DNA of 64,000 nucleotides from the NCBI GenBank assembly GCA_964252035.1, contig OZ176201.1. One strand, written 5' to 3'. Source of the stretch: Podarcis erhardii (Eukaryota). Shown here piece after piece: positions 12,241-23,500 of this stretch. Positions within the stretch are counted from its first letter, which is position 1; the number at the start of each line of letters is the position of its first letter. The position numbers and the translations under genes are program-made. The notes beneath the pieces are model-generated. The model made no database searches. It saw only the letters and a program-made list of their open reading frames with translations, and had not been told where the DNA came from.

Positions 12241-13456
12241 CATAGAATCATAGAGTTGGAAGAGACCACAAGGGCCATCAAGTCCAACCCACTGCCAAGC
12301 AGGAAACACCATCAGAGCATTCCTGACATATGGTTGTCAAGCCTCTGCTTAAAGACCTCCAAAGAAGGAGACTCCACCACACTCCTTGGCAGCAAATTCC
12401 ACTGTCGAACAGCTCTTACTGTCAGGAAGTTCTTCCTAATGTTTAGGTGGAATCTTCTTTCTTGTAGTTTGGAACCATTGCTCCGTGTCCGCTTCTCTGG
12501 AGCAGCAGAAAACAACCTTTCTCCCTCCTCTATGTGACATCCTTTTATATATTTGAACATGGCTATCATATCACCCCTTAACCTCCTCTCCTCCAGGCTA
12601 AACATGCCCAGCTCCCTTAGCCGTTCCTCATAAGGCATCGTTTCCAGGCCTTTGACCATTTTGGTTGCCCTCCTCTGGACACGTTCCAGTTTGTCAGTGT
12701 CCTTCTTGAACTGTGGTGCCCAGAACTGGACACAGTACTCCAGGTGAGGTCTGACCAGAGCAGAATACAGTGGCACTATTACTTCCCTTGATCTAGATGC
12801 TATACTCCTATTGATGCAGCCCAGAATTGCATTGGCTTTTTTAGCTGCCGCGTCACACTGTTGGCTCATGTCAAGTTTGTGGTCAACCAAGACTCCTAGA
12901 TCCTTTTCACATGTACTGCTCTCAAGCCAGGTGTCACCCATCTTGTATTTGTGCCTCTCATTTTTTTTGCCCAAGTGCAATACTTTACATTTCTCCCTGT
13001 TAAAATTCATCTTGTTTGTTTTGGCCCAGTTCTCTAATCTGTCAAGGTCGTTTTGAAGTGTGATCCTGTCCTCTGGGGTGTTAGCCACCCCTCCCAGTTT
13101 GGTGTCATCTGCAAATTTGATCAGGATGCCCTTGAGTCCATCATCCAAGTCGTTGATAAAGATGTTGAATAAGACCGGGCCCAAGACAGAACCCTGTGGC
13201 ACCTCACTAGTCACTCTTCTCCAGGATGAAGAGGAACCATTGATGAGCACCCTTTGGGTCCGGTCAGTCAGCCAGTTACAAATCCACTGAGTGGTAGCAT
13301 AGTCAAGTCCGCATTTTACCAGCTTCTTTACAAGAATATCATGAGGCACCTTGTCAAATGCCTTGCTGAAATCAAGGTAGGCTACATCCACTGCTTTCCC
13401 TTCATCTACCAGGCTTGTAATTCTGTCAAAAAATGAGATCAGGTTAGTCTGACATG
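12241..13456 (-). mobile_element. Young 5'-truncated CR1 LINE with 6-bp TSD
   Basis: 3' tail (ATTCTATG)n at 12241; TSD ACATCT at 12235-12240 and 13457-13462; uninterrupted RT ORF. Confidence 0.97.
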
Positions 13457-13460
13457 ACAT
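12312..13460 (-). CDS. CR1 ORF2 C-terminal part (RT motifs DFSKAFD, VPQGSVLGP, FADD plus thumb), 382 aa, no stops or frameshifts
   Basis: ORF track; lacks the endonuclease and N-terminal RT motifs; the ATG lies within the TSD. Confidence 0.9.
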   Translation of the reverse strand: MSCQTNLISFFDRITSLVDEGKAVDVAYLDFSKAFDKVPHDILVKKLVKCGLDYATTQWICNWLTDRTQRVLINGSSSSWRRVTSEVPQGSVLGPVLFNIFINDLDDGLKGILIKFADDTKLGGVANTPEDRITLQNDLDRLENWAKTNKMNFNREKCKVLHLGKKNERHKYKMGDTWLESSTCEKDLGVLVDHKLDMSQQCDAAAKKANAILGCINRSIASRSREVIVPLYSALVRPHLEYCVQFWAPQFKKDTDKLERVQRRATKMVKGLETMPYEERLRELGMFSLEERRLRGDMIAMFKYIKGCHIEEGERLFSAAPEKRTRSNGSKLQERRFHLNIRKNFLTVRAVRQWNLLPRSVVESPSLEVFKQRLDNHMSGML

Positions 13461-14949
13461 CTATAGGTCAGGTTTTCGTTCAAGAAAAAATGTGCTGGTT
13501 TCAGTGGTAAAAACATTGAAGTCACAAGAAGAGGCTCGCTGGGTGACGTGGGTCAGCCAGTATCTCTAGTCCAGTCTATGTCCTACGGTTGAAGTCAAAA
13601 TAAAAAGGGAAGGATGCAGGATCACCTTGAAGCAAGCATGGGATACAAATGTAATAATTACAAATGGTCTCTTGCTCATGCCCTCTTTGTGAGATAGGAG
13701 TGGTTGGGAGACACACAAGGAGAATTGCCACCACTATGTTAAGTACCTTAAATCTGGGCATTACGGCATTTAAAAGGGGAAGGAGAAGACCTGAGTCTGC
13801 TCATTTCTGATAATTAAGTAGCAATAGACAGAGCAGCCAGATAAGGGTGAGATCAGCTCCAGGTTTCTAATTCAAGATACTTTTTTTACCTTGATTCCTT
13901 TACTAAACAAAGAGATATCAGAAACTGCATAAACAGACAATAAACAAGTTACTGGATAAATAGAGACACAATGAATAAAGTGTCTGCAGCAAGCTAAATC
14001 TTCATGTAAGTAATATCCTGAGTGCAGTTTTTAAACCTTATGGGATAAGAGCTGATGACATGGCCTTATCTTTTATGCAGGGATCCCTCTGTGGATTAGA
14101 GGTATAGAGTAGCCTCTCTTTCTGCTTGTGGCTCTTCGCTACCCATACATCAAAGATGAGCCAGGAGAGAGGCAAGTGGATAGATCCTGAGTGGATACAC
14201 CGGGTGGGTCCTGCCAAAAGGCCAAGCACAGTGTTTTCCCTGCTTATTCATCATGTGTATTTGTGTGTGAACTGAAATCTGACAAATCTAACAAAGGCAA
14301 AATCATTTAACTGTAACTGAGAAACACTGGCACTGCACTGGCAAAGTGCTTTCAGCTTCACTAATTGATACAACTTGAAAGTAAAACATATTTTACTTGC
14401 CTAAATGATTACTTTTGCAGTTGTGTGGATGAAGATCCCACTGAGGAAATAACAAGCTTTCCCCACTGCTGTTTAAAAACTATTGGGTTAGCCTCTGTTT
14501 CTCTTTAAAGTGTACCCTAGTGAAAATGAGTTTACATCAGTGTTTTGAATGCTGCCTAGGTGAAAATGAACATATTAAAGAAGGTCATATTCTTTTCCTG
14601 AACCATTTCAATTTACTGCTTCCTTGAAGCACAAGTATTTGATGAACTAATTAGACAAGACAAGTTATGGACCATTGCTGTGTGAACTTTTCAAGTAAGT
14701 TAGCTTTGAAAAGCCTAGTTGTGATTTTTAGAGATAATATAATACATGGGCCCTCAAAACAAGTACCGTTCCTTGAAATGTCGCTAACGGTGGTTCCCTG
14801 GTGACAGTGAAATCTATTAGCAATTAAAAAATGCAAGTTTGATTGCATAGAAAGAAGTTCTCTCTTACCTCACTGCAGGGAGTGAATGCTGTGCCTATGC
14901 TGTTTTCACCTACAAGGGTCATCACTAAGGAAATGCAACTGTAGGCATT

Positions 14950-16380
14950 CTTCATAAGTCGTAATTCAGCAGGTTCAACTGGAGTTTGTTGTTGAAGATC
15001 CTTTCAGCACCAGAGTATCCTGGGAGGCTGAAATGTCCCCCCACTGGTTTCTGAATACTGCTCTTTCTGATGTCAGATTTGTGTCCGTTTATTCGTTTGC
15101 ATAGCGACTGGCCAGTTTGCTTCATTTAGAATGCCCAAAGGTGTTGCTGGCAGATGATAGCATATTGTCAGTGTCAGAGCCACCCTGGGTCCCAGCTCAC
15201 AAGAGACCAAAGTCCAGTCCAAGTTATGTACAAAAGGATTTATTGAAGATCATTGTAGCCATTACATCCCAACTCCGTGGCTCCGCATCTGTTACCCTTA
15301 GATGTTAGAAGTCCCCTCTGAGTCCGTCCCTCCCCTGCACCAATTTAAGAGGCTTGTACTGCTCCACCTTTTCCTCTCTTTCCTTTTCCGCAGGGTCTTC
15401 CTGCCCCCCTGTCTTCCCTCTTTCTGGGACTCCCCAGAGGCTGAGTCTTCTCCCGCCTGCTCCCCCCTCCTTCGTGCTTTGGCACCAGGCTCCTCCTCAG
15501 AGCTCTCCTCATTTCCGCGCGCCTCTATATTTGAACTTGGCGCGCGTACGTTGCCTCTGACCTTCCTTTCTACAGTTACGCTGCTCTCGGTACTACACTC
15601 CTCCCTTTCAGGCAGGACGTCTTGCTCCGAACTCCTCCCCCTTCCTCCTTCCTGTCCTGCTCTTTCTGACACACTGGCAACTCCCCCCCCTCCACTCCGT
15701 TCCGACGGGGGAGCTGGTCCCGCTTTGCCACTCCCACTGGGGATTCCCTCTTCGTTCCCCTCTTTCTGACTGATTCCCTCTCTATTGCCCCTTGGCCTGA
15801 CCAGGGGGGCTCCCTTCTGGGAATCCTCTGATTCGCTAGACGGACTTTGGGACAACCTCGGCTCGTTGTCGTCCTCTTCCTCCTCGCCCTCGCTCTCTGT
15901 CTCCTCTCTCCCTAAAACCCTGACAGTCAGGTTATAAAAGGAGCAGGTGATTGAACCCTTAATGTTGTGACCGACATTATTAGGTAATTATCATACATGG
16001 GGAGAGAGTAGGCAACAGAGCTTGGATTTAGTCCCTGGCTTTGTTTCTCTCTTATGTTGATTGTTGTTGCTGTTGAGCAGCTCTTTTAGGTTAGGAAGCT
16101 GTCTGTAAGCAAAGACCTCCAACGGCCTGTGAGAGGGAGGCATCGTGGTCCAGACTGAGTTATAGATCATTTATGATATGTTGTGGTTTTAACTGAGAGC
16201 TGCAAGTGACAACAGGTGGTGTTCTGTCATTCTCTTCAGAGACAGTTCTGTAGTAGCTTGTTCCTAAGTATCAATATGACCTTGTTGATTTGCTTGACAT
16301 TGTTTCAAACTAGCTAAGGGGTGAGGTAGATTTTGCTGTGTTGCTGTCAGAGTTGGGTCATAGGCAGCGTTTTAAGATGA
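14950..16380 (-). mobile_element. Degraded Penelope-like element (GIY-YIG endonuclease region), interrupted by the solo LTR
   Basis: Minus-strand remnants: KQINKV...KLLQ, NDRTPPVVT...HIINDL, RQLPNLKELLNSN, HNIKGSITCS | YAIICQQ, QTGQSLCKRINGHKSDIR...QKPVGGHFSLPG. The frame resumes across the LTR when one TSD copy is removed. Confidence 0.85.
15172..15925 (-). mobile_element. Solo LTR (754 bp), probably Gypsy-class, 5-bp TSD
   Basis: TGTCAG...CTGACA termini; perfect TSD GTCAG at 15167-15171 and 15926-15930; AATAAA on the minus strand at 15239-15244; TTAAAT TATA-like motif at 15343-15348; no internal domains adjacent. Confidence 0.9.
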
Positions 16381-17299
16381 CCTGGGAAGCAGGAGACAAG
16401 AGTGGGGCATGGAACTGAAAGCCAGAAGTCAGGACCAAAGAACAACAAAAGGATACAGTAACACATCATAGCTCAGGAAGGCCATGGTGCTGAGTCAAGG
16501 CTTAAATCTTTGCATACTCCTGCTTTTCCAGAATGATCCAGTGGCCAGCCTGGGTGAGTAGAATCAGTCCAGAACCTGAGGGTTCTTTACTGTCCAAGTA
16601 AATGGTTCATTTCATATTGTAGATGCACACAAATTCAAAGACTTACCAGTGTGAATTCTGACAGTTTTTGGCAGATGCAAGTATATTCTGATGCAAGTTT
16701 CTTGTTTTTCTAAAATGTAAATATTTTTTCAAAAGTTATTAAGGAATGCACCATATGAATTAATGGGCAGACATAAGATCCCCTCCCCTTGCAAAAAAAA
16801 ATAATGATAAAAATTGGAACTGTACTACACATTGTGTGCTTATCTTTGTCATGTCACGCTTCTGTTTTTTTCCTTTGGTCTTCTTAGCTTCTCACATTGT
16901 AAAACTATCCCTAAATTGCACATGGAACACTACTTTGGAGACAATTTAAACATAAAATATATAGGCTCAGCTTTTATTTTTGCTGTATTAGGTCATATAC
17001 TAATGTGCTTTTGAAAGAAATGTTCCCAGGAGGGAAAAACCCTGAAATGTGAAAAGGGAGAGACTAGCAAGTGTCCTTGTCTTGTTACAAGATTCAGAAT
17101 GCATGTCACCAGCAAGCCACACAGAGATAACAAACCCCCATGTCAACTCAGAAAAAACTAGCAGGATCAGCACAGTCAGTGAAGTAAGTCCTTGGATCTC
17201 TTTCCTTTAACACCATTGTCTCTCTCTTTCAGTTTTAGAATTATTGTGCTAAATCAGCCATGGTCACAGCTATAATAATTTAATAATAATTAATAATGT

Positions 17300-17860
17300 T
17301 ATTATTTACATGCCACCCATCTGACTAGGTTACCCCAGCCTCTTTGGGTGGCTTCGAGCATAATATAAAAATACCATAAAACATTAAAAACTTCCGTTTA
17401 CAGGACTGCCTTTGGATGTCTTCTAAAAGTTGTATAGTTATTTATCTTCTTGACATCTGATGAGAGGGTGTTCCACAGGGCTGTTACCAGTCTAGTTGCT
17501 GCATTCTGGATTAGTTGTAGCTTCCAAGTTACCTTCAGAGTAAGCCCCACATAGCATGCATTGCAGTAATCCAAGCAGGAGATAACTAGAGCAAGCACCA
17601 CTCAGGTGAAACAGTGCACAGTCAGGTAGGGTTTCAGCTGGCATACCAGATGGAGCTAGTAGACAGCTGCCCTGAACAAAGAATTAACCTGCACCTCCAT
17701 GGACAGCTGTGAGTGCAAAATGACCCAGAGGCTGTGCACCTGGTCCTTCAGGGGCACAATTACCCCATTCAGGACTAGCCTGCCCCCTGTCACCCAGAAA
17801 CAATACTTCTGTCTTACTGGGATTCAACCTCAATCCATTAACCATCACCCACTCGCCTTT
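17300..17860 (-). mobile_element. L2 LINE 3' fragment with an internal deletion
   Basis: Minus ORFs LVISCLDYCNACYVGLTLKVTWKLQLIQNAATRL and NGLRLNPSKTEVLFLG; A/T-rich tail at ~17270-17305; colinear with the 38341-39090 copy. Confidence 0.85.
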
Positions 17861-17940
17861 GTTATGAGCAGGCCCAAATAAGCATCCTAACAAAATAATG
17901 TGGGAAAGATAATTTAACTTGTAAGTATTGTGTACTGTGG

Positions 17941-18100
17941 CAGGGGTGGGGAACCCTATTTGGACTGAGAGCCATGTTGTCCAAGTGGAAGGCTGTCAGG
18001 TGCAGCATTCCACTTGTGGACTGGGCCAGACTTCAAAGTGTGTGGGGTAAGTCATGCTCACAATCGCACACCCTTAACACAGAGAAACACATGCAATCAC
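17941..18100 (+). mobile_element. hAT-like MITE left end (CAGGGGTGGGGAACC), right end not found
   Basis: Terminal motif shared with 58342-59050; extent uncertain. Confidence 0.4.
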
Positions 18101-18649
18101 CATGCATTCACATACACATTTATTGGTATTTTACTCAGTTCCTTAGTACATAAAGCCTCTCTCTCTCTCTCTCTCTTGTGTGTGTGTGTGTGTGTGTGTG
18201 TGTTAAGGAACACATGGAACCAGGTTCAGGCATAAATAAAAAGTTTCTTTTGTAACTTGACAGAGTGAAACTTCACAGTTCAATGCACTGAAATCATTCA
18301 TTTGCCTTCATTTTACCTAATAGGTTTTCCCAGAAATGTTGCAGGGAATGCACAATATACTGTGAGTTGTTCCATGTGCTTTGGTTTCTATGCACACCTT
18401 GGATATTGACAATGGAGTACAGAGACACCTTGTTCTTTTGTTAATTGTTTATTAACTTCCCGAGTTCTCCAGGTAAAACAAACATATTCTGTGACAGTTG
18501 ACCTGCTCTTTGAATTCATTATGTACATTTGAAGCTGACGAAGGCACAGTGTGCCTTGCTATCTAGCTTAGACAAAAATCGTTCTACATAGTTAAAGGAG
18601 CATTGAACTGAAGAATTAAAGCACACACAACAATTGTGTTGTTGAGTAA

Positions 18650-18740
18650 GGCTGCAGTCTTAAAGCTCATTTACTTAGGAGTACACCCCACTAAACTCTG
18701 TGGGAAATACTACTAAGTAGACATGTATAGGATCACACTG
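18650..18740. mobile_element. Short palindromic squamate MITE (CTGCAATCC...GGATTGCAG type), degraded
   Basis: GGCTGCAGTCT...TTACTTAGGAGTA...CCCACT...TGGGA..TACTACTAAGTA..GGATCACAC quasi-palindrome; similar decayed relics near 22900, 31860, 52400 and 55320. Confidence 0.5.
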
Positions 18741-20290
18741 TAAATGTGTTTTGAAAGAAAGGGCAATCCATTTCCCAAGAGCTACAGTGCATCCAATAGA
18801 ATAATAGCTCTTAAGGAACAGTCTTTGGCACACTGTGTGCCTGGTGCCTAATCTCTCATCAGTCTGAACTAGGTGAATATCTTTATTATTATTATTATTT
18901 ACCCAGTCCTTTTATTTTAGCTTGAAGTTATTATCTGCTACTTTGCCTTTTATGCTGAATTATATTTTGTTACATATTTTATTGTCACTGAATTTAAATT
19001 TTTTTTTTGATTCCACATTATAAGCCATCCCCAAAACTGTGTGATAGGGTGACTTATTAATATAGAAAAATAAATAAAGAACTAAGGGGCTGATGGGCCC
19101 TTAGGAAAATCAGATTTGAAAAGACTCTGTTCAAGATAGTCCTTGGTATATTTCACAATTGGCAAGGATATATTCCCAAATAGCAATGCTTCTGTGTTAC
19201 CACCACCCCATTTAATTTTGTAGGAGAGATGATGATCTCTGAGCATGAATGGAACTTCAAGTGTTGCTGAACTGCTCTACTCGGTATGAATTTATTCATA
19301 TGTGTGTAGATAAAGAATCACACACTAGACATATCAAAGCTAAAGTAACTAAATGCTATCCAAATGCATGCCTACCATTATACTGTACAATCACATTTGG
19401 ATAAGATGTTGTTTTAAGGAAAATGTGCAATGTGCCCTATTAAATTTTGGCAGAGTAATGCATTGACTTTAATAGGTCTGTATACAAAGAGATTAGCTGT
19501 CTTCCCCACCCAGCCCCCTTTGAATGATCTATTCATGCTTTTTCCTCATCATGAGTCTGGAATGTCCTGTTTACCTGTGAAATATCAGATGGCAGAGCAT
19601 AAAACACAAAGTGTCTTATCCAGTATTAAAATGACCTGCTTTTAGTGGATTACAAAGCAGTCACATAGTTCCAATTCACAGGCTTCCATTTACACAATTG
19701 TGATTAATACTGGAATAAAAAGGGGGCAAACAGATCTTTGCAATGACACCAATGACATATGAATATTAAACAGCCGTTTTTTTGAGACGCACAGTTTCTC
19801 AGCTTCATCCTCAAATCTTTAAAGTGATTTGCATGCAGTAATGTCAGCAAGTGTCTGAAATGATTAAAAATAGCTTTTCCTAGTGTGGGTAACTGTTTTT
19901 AGCATTAGCAACAGACAGAGGTCTCTTAAGGGCAAGTAGGAGGTTTCCCCCCCTCCAAACATCGATGTTATTTTTAATTCCTGATGTTAATCCTGTTCAA
20001 CAGTGACATCAACGTGTGGCATGTTTTGTCATGAGATGCTGGCAGTTCTGCACATTGTCCCAGTTTTCCAGAAGTACTGCTGCTTTCGCTATCAATGTGA
20101 TTAACTGCTTAAAATGATTGAAAACACAAATCTATTTCTGTTTGTTGTTCAATAGCAGCAACATATTTATTGTACTTTCACTTTTTCAGCTGTTTTTTCT
20201 TTAAATACATTCCATGCTTAGCAGCTGCTGCAGTTGAAATAATGAGAAAAAGATAGTTTGCTAATGAAATGGTTAAAAAATGTGGCTATA

Positions 20291-20516
20291 CAGTGGTACC
20301 TTGGGTTAAGTATTTAATTTGTTCCGGAGGTCTGTTCTTAACCTGAAACTGTTCTTAACCTGAAGCACCACTTTAGCTAATGGGGCCTCCTGCTGCTGCC
20401 GTGCTGCCAGAGCACGATTTCTGTTCTCATCCTGAAGCAAAGTTCTTAACCCGAGGTAATATTTCTGGGTTAGCAGAGTCTGTAACCTGAAGTGTATGTA
20501 ACCCGAGGTACCACTG
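20291..20516 (+). mobile_element. Tc1/mariner MITE, family B (226 bp)
   Basis: TA|CAGTGGTACC ... GGTACCACTG|TA; internal GTTCTTAACC repeats. Confidence 0.95.
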
Positions 20517-23500
20517 TATCATTATTAAATTACCTGCTTCTTTGGGCAAGTCTTTGTTGGCAATAGTGACCACTTTTTCTACATTTGACCTGAATTGTGA
20601 CATGAGGATAAGCGTTTGAGGCTCTTTAAGTTCTGAATGCCCTGTCTTCTTCCCTTTGCATTCAAAATTAGAAGGGAAAAAAAATGGAATGAGGGCAAGC
20701 CATACTCAAGATCTATATTTTCCTTGGTTTTTGTATTGTTGGTTAGAAAGCTACTTCAGCCTGTGCTCCCATTCCTTATGAGTGTCTCTGAAATTCTGAG
20801 GATTATAGAAAGGGAAAAGTTAGCTCCTCAGAAAGGATAGGAGTTTTATAATGAGCTATATTTGCCCAAATGTAGAAGCTCTGGTACTCTCTTCAGAGAA
20901 TCAGAAGCATCTCTCCTTATGAATCACCTAACAGAGCTGGTAGGAAAGAGGTTCCCTGAGAAAACCACCTCATCAGGAATATCCTCTACATCCAGGAGGG
21001 CAAGGCATAAAATAGAATGATCTGAAGCAGATTGGCAAGGATTTATGGTTCCCAGTTATTTCACAGAAGCTACAAAATAACCCTCCTCACACAAACACAC
21101 TAAATTACACCTCTGAAACGAAGAAAACTTGAAGTAACAAGAAGTGGATTTGTGTGTGGAAGGACTATGAGATCAGTTCAGTTCTGAAAACTGAAACAAA
21201 TTCCTAGGCTCAGAATTCCTTTTGCACCAGGCTCTGATCAGTGTGTTCTAGCAAAAAACAAAGTATATCCTGCATACAAATACATTTGCACAGAGGATGC
21301 CATCACGTAGCAGCCCTAAATATTTAATCAAAGCCCTGTAATTGTGTCTGTCCTATGGAATAGTGCCACCCATTGTGGGTGAAGCATGCTGGTGTAAAAG
21401 GAACAGGAAGCAGCTGCAAGGGAGTGACAAATGTTATTCTGGCAATAGTAATAAGAGGCCTCAACATGTTGTTCTTGCTACATGCTGCCATTGTTAGGTG
21501 TTAGCAGGTGGAATCTGGTCAAACAGGCTCTCTAGCACTATTAAACAGCAGCATATCGATACACAATCTTTCACCTGTAATTCTCTTCAGGATAGATCAC
21601 ATGAAGGAGGTAACATCCACTATAGACACTGTTACACAGAACAGGAATCCCTTGGTTTTTAAAACTTACATACACCTACGACAATGGAGGGATAGCCATG
21701 TTCATCTGTTTCAGCAAAAACAGTATTGTTTTTGTAGAGCGTTAAAAGCTAGTGAACGGCTTATTTGTTATGGCATAAATAAACTTTCAAGGGTCAGAAC
21801 TCACCTTCTCAAATTCATGAAATGCTCATCTAAGATAGAGATATACACACCCTAAGCACAGAGAGAAGATACCTATATATCATATTTATTCCAAGCTTCC
21901 CTATCTTGACATTGTGAGACCAGAAATCCAAACAATGCAAAAGATAGCCAAGGTATGTCACATTGCTAATGAACCCTAAGTCTGATCCAGCCAGTGTGGA
22001 GGGTGACTCATTCCTGACTAGCAGTCCCTGGTGTTGAATATGCCTTGCAAGATCAATAGTGCAAACAGACACTTAAAGAGGGACAATTGCTTTCTGTAGT
22101 GAACTAGTCATTCCTAGGGTTTCAGTTTCCCACTGAAAAATTGCTAATGAATTTGTACACTGCAGCTTCATCCAGCTTTCCTTCGAGTAGCATGGATCCT
22201 GGAGCCTTCCTTGGAGCCTCTGCAGATGTTTTCCAATGTGCTAAAAGTCCAGTTCTACTATCTGATGCCTCCTTATAGCTGTGTATATCTCTCACATGCT
22301 TTGGATATTTTGCTTGCAGTTGTGAGGCCTGTAACTTTGGTACTGAAAGCTGAGAATTTGATCTAATTGCTGTATTGATCAGGTACTTACTAGAGTGTAT
22401 TGAATCCAGGAAACCCTGATTTTACATACAGCTCTGCTTGTCTGCCATGTTATATACTGCAGTTTACAGTGACTAATACTTTGCTGTCATCTCTGAATCT
22501 TGACAAATTTCAGTTCTTTGGCAAATAATGGTTTAGCATATAAGGCATGTGGCTGATTGCATGTGCTTGTCTGACTCCTAATAGATAAACATAGGAAGGA
22601 AAATTTGTTCTAATTAAGGAGTGAATTGTTTTTAGTTTAACTTTTTAAAAAAGTATTTCCAAAGGGCAAAATTATTCATCTAGAAAGGCTGGTTTAGAAC
22701 TCCTCAACATTAAGTCACTTTAATGCACACAGATGATTTTTTTAAATAGACATTTTTATTGTTAGACTTAGATTGGGATAAATGTTTGCAGTCTGGTAGG
22801 CTAATGAGGCTTAGTTCTAGTTGCAAAGCCATTTAAACAGTATCAACTTCCTATGAAAACAAGGAACAACCCAGCAAAACATTCAGCTCTTTTGAGTCCC
22901 AGTGATTTCATTGGCAGAGTTAAGCAGAATTAAAATCATCCCATTGAAATCAGTGGGAGTTGGGCAGGATAGCACTTGCAGTTTCTAATAGATTTATGTG
23001 GTAGTTTCTGTTGAAAACCTTCAACAACCCTTAAGGATTCTCGTATTTATATTAGATACAGATTGTTTCTTTGTTCCACCAGTTTTCATGTATTTTGCCA
23101 TCTACTGCCTGCCACTATCTTCTTTCATGAATAGACATGGGTGTAAAACAGGAATGGAGAACCTTTGACCCTTCAGATGTTGTTGGACTACAACACCTAT
23201 CATGCTTGGCTGGGGCTGTTGGGAATTGGAGTCCACAGGTACATTCACCTGGTATTAAAGGGCAAGTCTGTCATGAAAGGGGTACTTAGTCAGACAACTT
23301 TGTTGATAGTCCATCTTATCAGTGAGAAAAAAACCAAGCTGATTGTCAAGGGGTGTATTACAACCATATTATATTCGTAAGCATCTAGATATGCCATTGT
23401 AATTCTTAAATTATAAAACCCAACATTGGAAAACAGGACTTAAATGGTTATGTTACTAAAGTTACAGAATTTTTTCATCTGCCCACACTACATTAATATG

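Noticed and set aside
15302-15769. 155-aa plus-strand ORF inside the LTR
   Set aside because: Antisense shadow of the purine-rich strand; low-complexity Leu/Pro/Ser.
17685-17712. REST/RE1-like CACCTCCATGGACAGC, and TTCAGCACC at ~15003
   Set aside because: Only half-site matches with wrong spacing, both inside decayed TEs.
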